Positions 23,877 through 35,410 of a stretch of DNA of 64,000 nt are shown here, piece by piece (the first letter of the stretch is position 1; each line of letters begins with the position of its first letter). Made by a program: the position numbers and the translations under genes. The stretch comes from Heteronotia binoei (lineage: Eukaryota): NCBI RefSeq assembly GCF_032191835.1, contig NC_083240.1, positions 43,710,001 to 43,774,000 of the forward strand, given 5' to 3'. The notes under the pieces were generated by a model, which saw only the letters and a program-made list of their open reading frames with translations, was not told the DNA's origin and made no database searches.

Positions 23877-24639
23877 TGTTAAACCACACCTGGGGATTAA
23901 AAAAAAAAAGTTATTTTCCTCAACCTGTATGTCACTATATTTACTTACAGCTACATAGTAGTTTTAAATAAAAGTTTAGGAAACAGTTTTACTTTTTAAG
24001 TAGCCTCAGAGTGCTGCTGCTCACAAAAGCGAGGGGCCCTACAGTTGTCTATTTCTTTGCCACAGTCAATATAACTAGATATTTTGAGAACTATTGAAGA
24101 GTACCCAGTTTTCTTCACACATTTATAGTTCTAATTTTCGAAGATATTTATATATGATCACACACCAGGCAAAGTTAGGCACTCTTGAATTCCATTAATT
24201 GTACTAGAAGTCCGTGCTTGAATATGGGACATAAAATGACTTTTGTTTGGCTGTGCCCAGGATGCTTCTGAACCTATTTTTTATAAACTCACAAAATCCA
24301 TGATGACTTTCAAGATAAACTCTCAGTTTTCTGTTCATAGAGACACATAATTCTTCACAAGGGCCAATGTAGAATTTAAGAATGAAAAGCAGCACCAAAC
24401 CAGCACATACTGAGGCTTGTCCATCTGTCCCTCGCATCAAAAGGATAACTGAAGGTTCCTATTTTGACATCTGAAAAGTTGAGTCCATTGGTTTGTAGTG
24501 TTTTACAAAAGATGAAAACTTTGTCATAAAACACTGTTCCAAAAGTCAATCTATTAAAAAACAAGGTTTCAAACCTGTACTTTTCCAGCTGCCAACATTT
24601 CTCTCATCTAAAACTGCCAAAACTTGTGTGTGGACTCAT

Positions 24640-24875
24640 CTGAGAGAAATGGGTTTGATTCCCCATTCCTGCACTTAAAGCTGCTGGAATGGCCTTGGGT
24701 TAGGCATAGCTATCACAGGAGTTGTCCTTGAAAGGGCAGCTTCTGGGAGAGCTCTCTCAGCCCCACCCACCTCACAGGGTGTCTGTTGTGGGGGGAGAAG
24801 ATATAGGAGATTGTAAGCTGTTCTGAGTCTGAGAGAAAGGCGGGGTATAAATCTGTAGTCGTCTTCTTCTTTCTC
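24640..24875 (+). mobile_element. Squam3-like SINE (5' truncated)
   Basis: Body and 3' end match other copies. Confidence 0.8.
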
Positions 24876-25206
24876 CAACCAAGGTATGATTTCAATATGT
24901 ATGCCATTATTGTTTTCCCTTAATACCCTTTGTGTATTTTTCCACATTCTTGGGAATGTGTGCTTTTTCCACATTCTTGGGAAATCTGCCTATTTCTCGC
25001 CACTGTTGATCCAAAAACAGCTTATATGATTGTTCTCCCCCCGCCCCCCCATTTTGTCCTCTCAATTACAATCCTGTGAGGTAAGTTAGGCTAAGAGTAC
25101 AACTAACTCAAAGTCACCCAGTGAACTTCCATGACAGACTGAAGATCTGGATCCAGGTCTCAAGTATGCTAGTCCAACACACTAACTACCATCCCACACT
25201 GCCTCT

Positions 25207-25410
25207 AAGGGACGGTGGCTCAGTGCATCTGCTTGGTAAGCAAGAAGGTCCCAGGTTCAATCCCCGGCATCTCCAACTAAAAAGAGTCCAGGCAAATAGG
25301 TGTGAAAAACCTCAGCTTGAGACCCTGGAGAGCCGCTGCCAGTCTGAGTAGACAATACTGACTTTGATGGACCGAGGGTCTGATTCAGTAGAAGGCAGTA
25401 GAAGGCAGGT
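25207..25410 (+). mobile_element. Squam2-like SINE
   Basis: Matches array unit; a minus copy lies at 27524-27718 in the same intron. Confidence 0.85.
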
Positions 25411-27196
25411 AGAAACTGATTAGGAATGGTAAGGAGGAAGAAAATTATACCAACTATTAAAAAAATACCATTGAACATCCTGTTGTCTATTTTCTAAAGC
25501 TAAGCTGTGGTAAGTGGAAAAGCAGAAATGGTCCAGAACAGCATGGGACAATACCAGAGACTAAATACAGATCATTCAACTAAGGATCCATGAATTCTCA
25601 GAAATGACTTTGGAACATTCTGAGAACTGGTAAGCAACATGTTTAAGAACTGGCTCAGTTGACAGGACTAGAAGAGAAAACATATTGTCTGAACATAGCC
25701 CAAGTAACAGGGCTAAAAACACATCTGATTGCAGTTCTTATTTATCATATGGCAGAGTTACACACAGCAAATATACAATATAAAACTACACTACACTTGA
25801 TCTTAGCCAAAAGTCCAAGAAGCAATACTGTTACATCTCCCTCCCTAGAAAGCACAATGCTCATATTATTCCTATGACAAATGCAAACTGTTTGGCAGGC
25901 TGCCCCACAATGGTATTGGGGTCCTGGTATTTTGCCTCATTTAAACAACAGCCCTGCACAGCTGCCAAAATCTTTGTAATCTTCTGATTGCAGGTTTAAT
26001 GTAAAGCTGAAGGCTAAGCTGAACTTTAGCTGCAGCAAGACATCACATATTCCTCATAGTAAAACTTATAATCTGAAAAATAAAAATTAGAAGCTGCCAC
26101 CATGAAATCATCGTTAAGACAATAAAAGGAAACTAAATTCTATTCTTACCTACTTGAAATAGATTCTGCACAACAAAATGTCAAAGGTTTAGCTATCAGT
26201 AGCTTTTTCAAAAAAGGCCATCACCTCCTCTAGATATCAACTCCAGAGTAAGTGGCTGAGCTATATCATCTGTGTCTATAACTGACTAGGACAAGGAACT
26301 TGATTAGATTAGTATGTGACCATTCCAGAGCGACCACTGATTGACTTTGGCTATCAATTCTGCAACAGAATCAGAGAGTGATATTAGTCACTCATTATGA
26401 TCCAATGCATACTTTGAGATGCTCATGTATAGAATATCATGGTCATTTGAGATGGATGTGCATACAATTTCATGGTCATAAGGCATCATCTATGAAAACA
26501 TGCTTTCAAGCATTTTCTGACAATGCATACTGTGAATGTGACGTCTTAAATTCACAGTATGTATGCTCAGAAAAAATATTAACTTCATCCATCTTTCTTT
26601 GGTCCCTCTGTACAGCAACAGCTGCCACAGCAGACAAAATCAACTACTGTCTAATATCATAGTTATAGTCTTACTTCCTGTTTTGCAAGCCATAGGAAAT
26701 TTAGCCTTATGACTACATTAAAACACAAAATCACAAAGAAAACCATGCAACCATAAAGTTATATCAGATACTTTTTGAAAGCATAACCTTTGATATGAAT
26801 ATATTTCCGCAGTCTTCATCAAATAGTTATTTAAAAATCTGTATGTTTCCTTAAGAGCACTTATTTTGCACACCTATCAAACTCCAAAACTATGCTTTGG
26901 ATTAGAAAATAAAAGACTGAAACCAGAAAAACTGAACTTTGTTCATTGATCTTACTGTTAATAGACAAGATCTACCAACTTAAGGGTCAACTTAAAGGGA
27001 AACCACAATTTAACAATTTTTAGCAACTGTAATAAAGCACAACTTGTTGACTTGACACAACTTGTTGACAGCTTCTCCAACCATAAGAATTCACATGTGA
27101 CAGTTGTTGCTTTGAGATGAGAGACTCTTCGCATTTTGGAGGTCAGCATGAAGGGAAAGCACAAGAGTATTCCACACCAACAGCAAACGGAGAAAC

Positions 27197-27315
27197 CAGG
27201 GCTTTTTTTTGAGCAGCAACACACGGAAACACAATTCCTGCTGGCATGGCATCAGGGGGTGTAGCCTAATATGCAAATGAATTCCTGCTGGGCTTTTTCT
27301 ACCAAAAAAGCCCTG
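27197..27315. mobile_element. Short hAT-type MITE, CAGGGCTTTTT family
   Basis: TIR cagggcttttt / aaaaagccctg; TSD ggagaaac / ggagtaac. Confidence 0.85.
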
Positions 27316-27523
27316 GGAGTAACTGATATGTCACAGTAGCTTAGAACGAAAAAAAACCCAACTTCTCTCAGAACCAATGTTAGCAGGGCAGGGTCCCAAA
27401 GAGTTCTTCAGAGAGCTAAAACTTGCTATCAGGGAAGTTATTCTACAGCAGGAAGAAATTCCACTGGATCAGCCAAATTCATCTATTACAACAAAAATTT
27501 AAGTCCTGTAGGAAAACCTCACA

Positions 27524-27718
27524 TATGAAGCTGCCTTCTACTGAATCAGACCCTGGGTCCATCAAAGTCAGTATTGTCTAGTCAGACTGGCAGCGGCTCT
27601 CCAGAGTCTCCAGCTGAGGTTTTTCACACCTACTTGCCTGGACCCTTTTTAGCTGGAGATGCTGGGGAGACTTTCTGCTTACCAAGCAGATGCTCTACCA
27701 CTGAGTCACCGTCCCTGC
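27524..27718 (-). mobile_element. Squam2-like SINE
   Basis: catatgaagctgccttctactgaatcag ... ctaccactgagtcaccgtccc. Confidence 0.85.
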
Positions 27719-28728
27719 CCTTGTTTCTGCTACACTGGGATAGAGAATGGAGAAACTGTTGAAACTCTAGGGAAAAGCAGAATATGTTGTGGTCATGATG
27801 AGCAGCAGCTGTTTATACAATAAACATTCTTCCTATCAAGGTAGTGTCTCACAGCAGAGGAAAAAGAAGAAGGACAAAACAAGCAGGAATCAAATATTGT
27901 GCTTCTTTTAGGTTTCTGCTTTATACAGTGTCAAATTTGGTTGGTCCTAATTAAAAAAAATGACACATTTCTTGCTTTTGTTTTGTTTCATTAACTTCTG
28001 GTCTGACAGACAAAGCTCATCATTTGGTCAAGTTAGCCATACAGCGTCTACACAACAGGAAACTCACTATAAACAACAGCTGAAAGACACAGACACAAGT
28101 CCACAAAGGATGCCTCAAACGGAGAAATGAAACAGAAAGCCACTTTCAAAAGGATGATGTAGGGCAAAAGGGCCAAATTCCATATCCATAACAGGCACAA
28201 CTCGCTGGACAAAAAACACACCTTCTGACACTATCTAGAGCACCATTCTCCTTTGCATTAGCTCCTTCTGCTAGAAGAATTTGTAGGAAAGCAAGTATTT
28301 AATTTAGACACTCAAAGAAACTCAGGGAAGCACCTACATACCCACCTCACACACACCATTAACTTCTCAAAACAAGTGAAGCATTTTAAAGACTGAACCC
28401 GATTTTATTTCAGCTTAAACTGTCATGGTCCCCAGCCCACAAAAATGTATTCCAATGATAAAATGGGCTCTAAACCTTGGCATAGACATACTGACTCAGA
28501 AATAAATCCTACAGATTCACAAGTGATGTTCACCAATCCTACATGATTGCACTTCTGAAGTTTTTACCATGACAACAGTAGCCAGGGAAGCTGGCGGCTG
28601 AGTGGGAATGTGAAGGCCCACTCTGAGAGAAGCTCCAACAGGCCCCCACCCTAACAGCACAACTGTCCTCTCTTCTGTCAGACTAAGTGGTGGGTCAGCC
28701 ACACTAATCGTGTGAGCGCGCCAATCGC

Positions 28729-29234
28729 TTCGGTTGCCAAGTCCGATTCAAGAAATATCTGGGGACTTTAAGGGTGGAGCCAGGAGACACTGGGGGTCCA
28801 GCCAGGAGCAAGGCTGTGACAAGCATAACTGAACGCCAAAGGGAGTTCTGGCCATCACATTTAAAAGGACCGCACACCTTTTCAATGCCTTCCCTCCATT
28901 GGAAGTAATGAAGGATAGGGGCACCTTCTTTGGGGGCTCATAGAATTGGACCCCCTGGTGCAATCTTTTTGAAACTCGGGGAGTATTTGGGGGAGAGGCA
29001 ACGGATGCTATGTTGCAAATTTGGTGCCTCTACCTAAAAAAAAACAGCCCCCGCAGAGCCCCAGATACCGGCGGATGAATTCTCCATTATTTCCTAGGGG
29101 AACAAGTCTCCATAGAGAATAACAGAGTTCCCAGCAGCCATTTCCCTCCCCCCACTTTCTGATGACTCTGAGGCGGGGGAGGGGGCCTCCAACCCGGGGT
29201 ATCTCCTGCCCCCACCTGGGGATTGGCAACCTTA
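28729..29234 (+). mobile_element. TAGGGTTGCCA-TIR hAT MITE, ~75 bp from the DNAJB9 exon 1 donor
   Basis: Colinear with 49609-50091 copy; TIRs degenerate, no clean TSD. Confidence 0.85.
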
Positions 29235-29306
29235 CTTGTACTCCCCAGGAAAGCTCCCATTTTAATCGCTCCCCTCCCGGTCTCCCATGACACCCTCCGG
29301 CCTCAC

Positions 29307-29335
29307 CTGGCGCCCGCTCGCCGGTCCTCCTCTCC
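29307..29335 (-). other. DNAJB9: Probable short non-coding exon 1 of DNAJB9
   Basis: Donor CAG|GTGAGG at 29306; TATATAA on minus strand ~25-30 nt upstream; TSS position inferred. Confidence 0.65.
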
Positions 29336-29718
29336 GTCGCTTTCCTCGCAGCTCCGGCTTATATAACCATCCCCTCAGAGGCGCGGCGCGCGGAAGCGGG
29401 GCGACTCTACTACACGAAGCGCTCTCCGATTGGCCGCCCGACGTCACGGAGCGCTCTCCGATTGGCCGCCCGGCGTCACGCGACGCGGCCGCTTGGGCGC
29501 GCGTGGACTGCTGTTGTTGCCCCGCGAGTCGCTCCAGCGGTTGAGTGACAGCCGTCGGATCGCGACGGCCCCTTCCTTCCGGCGAGGGGGAGGAAGAGAG
29601 GGCGGGACGACGGCGCGTTCCCGGAAGCGGAAGTCCTGCGGTTGTCCTGCCTGAGGACGACAAGGGGGCGGAGTTACCGCTGAGGGACCATCTGGGCGGC
29701 CGCTGAAGGAGCCCGGGG
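29336..29718. promoter_or_regulatory. Bidirectional CpG-island promoter DNAJB9 / THAP5
   Basis: TATA (minus), duplicated CCAAT + TGACG module 29418-29480, GC boxes, tandem ETS-type ccggaagcggaagt near 29620. Confidence 0.85.
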
Positions 29719-29801
29719 ATGCCGCGGTACTGTGCGGCCACCTGCTGCAGGAACCGCGCGGGGCAGAGCGCCCGAGACCAGCGCAAGCTCAGCTTCTACC
29801 C
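29719..29801 (+). CDS. THAP5: THAP domain-containing protein 5, exon 1
   Basis: MPRYCAATCCRNRAGQSARDQRKLSFY(P); donor CC|GTGAGT, phase 2. Confidence 0.95.
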
Positions 29802-29957
29802 GTGAGTGCGGCAGGGAAGGGAAGGGAAGGGACTGCGGGTTCACCAGCCAGGGGGCTCCATGCCACCCCCTTGCACCTTTGCTCGGGAGGAAGCCCGCCT
29901 GCTTTCAGTGGGGATGGCTTGCAAAGGAGAAGACGGTGATATTGGGTTTATATCCCG

Positions 29958-31410
29958 CGCCGTGGCGCAGAGTGTGAAAGCTGCAGTGCTAAACTCTGCT
30001 CGCGACCTGAGTTCGATCCCCGGCGGAAGCTGGGTTTTCAGGTAGCCGGATCGAGGTTGACTCCGCCTTCCCTCCTTCCGAGGTCGGTAAAATGAGTACC
30101 CAGCTGTGGGGGGGAAGGGTAGATGACTGGGGAAGGCAATGGCAAACCACCCCGTAAAAAAGTCTGCCGTGAAAGCAACGTCACCCCAGAGTTGGAAACG
30201 ACTGGTGCTTGCAGTCGTTTACCTTTTAAATGTTTTATTAATAAGAGCCCCATGGTGCAGAGTCTTAAAGCTACAGTATTGCAGTCTGAGCTCTCTGCTC
30301 ACGACCTGAGTTCGATCCCCGGCGGAAGCTGGGTTTTCAGGTAGCCGGATCGAGGTTGACTCCTCCTTCCCTCCTTCCGAGGTCGGTAAAATGAGTACCC
30401 AGCTTGCTGGGGGGAAAGTGTAGATGACTGGGGAAGGCAATGGCTAACCATCCCGTAAAAAAGTCTGCCGTGAAAGCAACGTCACCCCAGAGTCGGAAAC
30501 GACTGGTGCTTGCACAGGGGACTACTTTTACCTTTTAAATGTTTTATTAATAAGAGCCCTGTGGCGCAGAGTGGTAAAGCTGCAGTATTGCAGTCTGAGC
30601 TCTCTGCTCACGACCTGAGTTCGATCCCCGGCAGAAGCTGGGTTTTCAGGTAGCCGGCTCGAGGTTGACTTCACCTTCCATCCTTCCGAGGTGGGTCAAA
30701 TGAATCCCCAGCTTGCTGGTGGGAAAGTGTAATGACCGTGGAAGTTCGGTCCGCGGCAGAAGTTGGGTTTTCAGGTAGCCGGCTCGAGGTTGACTCAGCC
30801 TTCCATCCTTCCAAGGTTGGTAAAATGAGTCCCCAGCTTGCTGGGGGGAAAGTGTAGATGACTGGGGAAGGCAATTGCAAAGCACCCCGTAAAAAGTCTG
30901 CTGTGAAAACATCGTGAAAGCAACATCACCCCAGAGTCGGAAATGACTGGTGCTTGCACAGGGGACCTTTCCTTTCCTTTGTCTTTTAGTACAGCATGCT
31001 TAAATTAGGGTTGCGAGGGCCTCCTGGCCAATGGTGAAGTGGGGTGGGTAGGGTTGCTAGATCCAGGTTGGGAAACTCCTGGATGCTGCGCTAAGTAGCA
31101 TGGTGTACTAAGAGCAAGCCCTGTGGCGCAGAGTGTTAAAGCTGCAGGACTGCAGTCCTAAGCTCTGCTCACAACCTGAGTTTGATCCCCAGTGGAAGCT
31201 GGGTTTTCAAGTAGCCAGCTTGAGGTTGACTCAGCCTTCCATCCTTCCAAGGTCGGTAAAATGAGTCCCCAGCTTGCTAGGGGGAAAGTGTAGATGAGCA
31301 GGGAAGGCAAAGGCAAACCACCCCGTAAAAAAGTCTGCCGTGAAAACATTGTGAAAGCAACATCACCCCAGAGTCAGAAACTACTGATGCTTGCACAGGG
31401 GACCTTTCCT
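29958..31410 (+). repeat. Tandem cluster of ~5 Sauria-type SINEs in THAP5 intron 1
   Basis: Units near 29958, 30243, 30553, 30740 (partial), 31116; spacer ttttaaatgttttattaataagagccc repeated between units 1-2 and 2-3. Confidence 0.9.
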
Positions 31411-31677
31411 TTGCTATACTCTGAATCTCAGGCTGCGATCACACACACTAAATCAGTGGTCCCCAACCTTTTTGGCACCAGGGACAAAGTCAGTTTTTCC
31501 ATGGACTGGGGTGGTGGTGAAGGTGGTGATGGTTTCAGGATGATACAACTGTGCTCTTTATTTTGGTGTGGTGGTTAAGTGAACTGACTCTTATCTGGGA
31601 AAACTGATAAGATTCCCCACTCCTCCACTTGCAGCTGCTGGAATGGCCTTGGGTCAGCCATAGCTCTCATAGGAGTT

Positions 31678-31880
31678 GAACAAAGCCGGAGTCAAGCTGC
31701 ACTTTTTAAGACGAACCAAGTTTTATTCAGACAATACCTGATCCCCTCGTCTGATGAAATGTGCTTAGAGAGCACACGAAAGCTTACGTTCTGAATAAAA
31801 TTTGGTTGGTCTTAAAGGTGCAACTTGACTCCTGCTTTGTTCAACTGCTTCAGACCAACACGGCTGCCCACTTGGATCTA
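31678..31880 (+). mobile_element. Penelope-like element terminus with short inverted 5' arm, inserted in a Squam3-like SINE
   Basis: 13-bp duplication tctcataggagtt (31665-31677, 31881-31893); 31678-31733 is inverse of the 3' part; same sequence as 7126-7275. Confidence 0.8.
31748..31788 (+). ncRNA. Minimal type I hammerhead ribozyme motif
   Basis: cgt-CTGATGA-A-(a)tgtgct tagag agcaca(c)-GAAA-GC-TT-acg: stem I CGU/ACG, 6-bp stem II, palindromic AGCU in place of stem III; one A.C mismatch at base of stem II. Confidence 0.6.
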
Positions 31881-32654
31881 TCTCATAGGAGTTGTCCTTG
31901 AAAGGGCAGCTTCTGGGAGCGCTCTCTCAGCCCCAACTACTTCACAGGGTGTCTGTTGTGGGGGAAGAAGATAAAGGAGATTGTGAGCTGCTCTGAGATT
32001 TAAACTGGAGGGCAGGATATAAATCCAATGTCATTGTCTTATTATTATTACTACTTTGTAATATATAATGAAATAATTCTACAACTCACAGCCCAGTTGC
32101 TAACAGGCCACGGAACAGTAGTGGGGGACCCCTGCACTAAATAATGCACTTTCCAACTGGATCTTGCCAGTTCACACAGTAAAATCCTACTGAAAAGTGC
32201 ACTGAAAGTGGATTGAAAGTGCATTATTTAGTATGTGTGATGGCAGCCTCAGAGCGTCTCACAATTGCTTTTATCTTCCCCCACAACAGGCACCCTGTGA
32301 GGTGGGTGGGGCTGAGAGAGCTCTCCCAGAAACTGCCCTTTAAGGACAGCTCTGCAAGAGCTATGGCTGACCCAATCTGCCCTTGTGGCCTTAACAGGAT
32401 TGATGCTTCCTTTCATGCTCGGCTATAATGCAGATTAAAAAAGAAAGATTATAAAGGATTATTCAACCAACTGTCCCCCCTACTCTGAAACCCTGGCTCT
32501 TCTGTTCAGTGATAAGGATCCTAAGATCACTCTAGCAATTGCCAAATTTGTCCTGGTCCTTTATCTTTTGCATTAAAAAAAAAGTGTCTTCTGTCACTCA
32601 AGATTTGTGAATCAATGAGCTTCTAAGGGTACGAAAGGAAAGGCTGCAGAAGAA

Positions 32655-32900
32655 GATATTGGATTTATATCCCGCAGTGTACTCTGAATCTGAGTCTCAG
32701 AGCGATCACAATCTCCTTTACTTCCCCCCCCTCCACATACACACAACAGACACCCTGTGAGGTGGATGAGGCTGAGAGGGCTCTTGCAGCAGCTGCCCTT
32801 TCAAGGACAACTCCTGCCATTCCAGCAGCTGCAAGTGGAGGAGGCGGAAATCAAACCCAGTTCTGCCAGATAAGAGTCTGCGCACTTAACCACCACACCA
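32655..32900 (-). mobile_element. Squam3-like SINE
   Basis: agaagaagatattggatttatatcccg tail to cttaaccaccacaccaaac head. Confidence 0.85.
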
Positions 32901-33263
32901 AACGGACAAACAAGTATGCTTTAGCATTCCTTTCTTAAGGACGGACATGCACGGCTGGTTCTTTAGCACCACTCTCTCCCACATCATGCACTCTCCCTTA
33001 TTTGATGAGATCCACATAAACACATATGGTCCTGCATGCGCGCACGTTGCTTCTGTTTCTGGGTGCGAGTTCAACAGCCACCTCTCATGTTTGTGTTTTG
33101 TAAATAAGGATGTGTGTCAAGCAGCCGGCGTTTGCAACTATGGACCTCCCTTCGATTGTACTAACAGTTATAGATTACCAGTAGGGACTTGAGAAGATGG
33201 AAGTCGTGAGGTGATGCAGTTTTAAGTTTCCTTCCAAAGGTGAATGGCTGCATTTAGAGCAGT

Positions 33264-33478
33264 GGAGGGACAGTGGCTCAGTGGTAGAGCATCTGCTTGG
33301 GAAGCAGAAGGTCCCAGGTTAAATCCCTGGCATCTCCAAAAAAGGGTCCAGGCAAATAGGTGTGAAAAACCCCAGCTTGAGACCCTGGAGAGCCGCTGCC
33401 AGTCTGAGAAGACAATACTGACTTTGATGGAAAAAAGGTCTGATTTAGTAGAAGGCAGCTTCATATGTTCATATGTAG
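33264..33478 (+). mobile_element. Squam2-like SINE
   Basis: Full-length match to array unit. Confidence 0.88.
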
Positions 33479-33914
33479 CGTCCGTTTGTGGGCCCCTACC
33501 ACTTCAGTTTCTAAATTGCAGCTGGGGCAGTTATGTTTTTGTGACATTTGTCTATGCAAGCCAAGATTGGTCTTTTAAAAAGAAAACTTATGCTACCGAA
33601 GGACAACATAGAACCTATTGAACAGATCAGCGCTTTCCATTTTTCCCCTATGGCTTTTTATGAGTAGGCCCAGTAATTGATTTGCGAGAGTGAGTAACCA
33701 GAGTTTAGCAAACTGTAGCATTCATTAAAACAAATGTTAACAAATTTGAATTAGCATGGCCAACATTAAACAGAAGTCGAGGGCACCATAAAGGCTAACA
33801 AAATTTATTGCAGTATAAGCTTTCATGAGTCAGATCTCATTTCATCATATGCAATTTTGTAAGTCTTTAAGATGCCTTTGTATTTTGTTTTGTTGCAGGC
33901 AAGAGACTAACATT

Positions 33915-34082
33915 GGCTGCAGTTACACACACTAAATAATACGCTATCAGTCCACTTTCAATACACTTTCCAACTGGATTTTACTTGCAAAAGTTTTTAC
34001 TGGATTTTACTGGCAAAATACAGTTGGAAAGCACATTGAAAGTGGATTGAAAGAGCATTATTTAGTGTGTGTGATCACAGCC
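33915..34082. mobile_element. Palindromic MITE with 3-bp TSD (PIF/Harbinger-like)
   Basis: Long imperfect TIRs ggctgcagttacacacactaaataat / attatttagtgtgtgtgatcacagcc; TSD att. Confidence 0.75.
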
Positions 34083-34087
34083 ATTAA

Positions 34088-34386
34088 AGAGCCCTGTGGC
34101 GCAGAGTGGTAAAGCTGCAGAACTGCAGTCTTAAGCTCTACTCATGACCCAAGTCCGATCCCAGCAGAAGCTGGTTCAGGTAGCCGGCTCAAGGTTGACT
34201 CAGCCTTCCATCCTTCTGAGGTAGGTAAAATAAGTCCCCAGCTTGCTGGGGAGAAAGTGTAGATAACTGGGGAAGGCAATGGCAAACCACCCCGTAAAAA
34301 GTTTGCCGTGAAAACGTTGTGAAAGCAGCGTCACCCCAGAGTCAAAAACAACTGGCGTTTGCACAGAGGACTACGTTTACCTTTTT
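34088..34386 (+). mobile_element. Sauria-type SINE
   Basis: aagagccctgtggcgcagagtggtaaagc ... ggactacgtttaccttt. Confidence 0.88.
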
Positions 34387-35139
34387 GATCACAGCCATTG
34401 TCACCCTAAATATAGTTACACCCTTCTAAACCTATTGATTTCAGTTGGCTTAGAAGGGTGTAACTCTCTTTAGGATTCCACTGTAAAGATGCTACTCCTC
34501 TGGACTTACATTAACTGTGAATATCTTGCCACTTGGGAGAAAATGAGGACCAACATAATTTGACAGGTTGGCTAGATTTTAACACTGGAGTCAGTTTTCT
34601 ATGACACATCACAATCCAAGAAGATGAAGAGGCTCACTTCAGAACATATACAGACCTAGGAAACTGCAGAGAGTCTTCAGGCATCACTTCACGTTAAAAG
34701 CCAGCAGGATGTAGCGATCACAGTGTTGAACGTGGGAGGCTTTCAGATCTCTGCTCCTACCTTGGAACCTCACTGGATGACCCTGGACCGGTCAGTCGCT
34801 CCAAGTCTTAACCTTACAGGGTGGTGGTGGTGGTTGAGAGGACAGAATGAGGGAGGGAAGAACAATGTAAGCCTCTGGGCCTCTCTGGGAAGAAAAGTGG
34901 AATATCAATATCTAAATGCATTAAATGAATGTGTCCATTCAAGAAAGGCTATATTAAAGGACATTTCTTCTGAACAGGTCTGAGATTGTCTTTAGAAAGT
35001 AGCCTTTTACACCGGATTCATTTATTTGTTGCATTTACAGTTTGCCTCGTTAACTGAGGGTCAGGACAGATTACAGCTAAAAACTGCAGTAAGAACAGCG
35101 TAACCCATACAACCAACAGTTAACGCACAGTAATTGTAA

Positions 35140-35410
35140 AGCCAGTCTGGTGTAGTGGTTAAGTGTGCGGACTCTTATCTGGGAGAACCGGGTTTGATTC
35201 CCCTCTCTTCCACTTGCAGCTGCTGGAATGGCCTTGGGTTAGCCATAGCTATCGCAGGAGTTGTCCTTGAAAGGGCAGCTGCTGTGAGAGCCCTCTCAGC
35301 CCCACCCACCTCACAGGGTGTCTGTCGTGGGGGGAGAAGGTATAGGAGAATGTAAGCCACTCTGAGTCTCTGATTCAGAGAGAAGGGCGGGGTATAAATC
35401 TGCAGTCTTC
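35140..35410 (+). mobile_element. Squam3-like SINE
   Basis: Full-length; further plus copies at ~36611-36860, 37821-38080, 39199-39720. Confidence 0.88.

Larger units (their letters stand above)
31454..32134. mobile_element. hAT MITE (cagtggtccccaacc TIR) containing a SINE
   Basis: TIR cagtggtcccc / ggggacccctg; perfect TSD cactaaat. Confidence 0.88.
31431..32248. mobile_element. Palindromic MITE with 3-bp TSD (PIF/Harbinger-like), split by a hAT MITE
   Basis: ggctgcgatcacacacactaaataatgc / gcattatttagtatgtgtgatggcagcc; TSD tca; intact relative at 33915-34082. Confidence 0.75.
31415..32372 (-). mobile_element. Squam3-like SINE split by nested insertions (outermost layer)
   Basis: tatactctgaatctca | gagcgtctcacaattgc rejoins to the sequence seen intact at 32680-32715. 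Confidence 0.75.

Noticed and set aside
29262-29977. GC-rich ORFs of 74-174 aa across the bidirectional promoter
   Set aside because: Expected stop-poor frames in a CpG island
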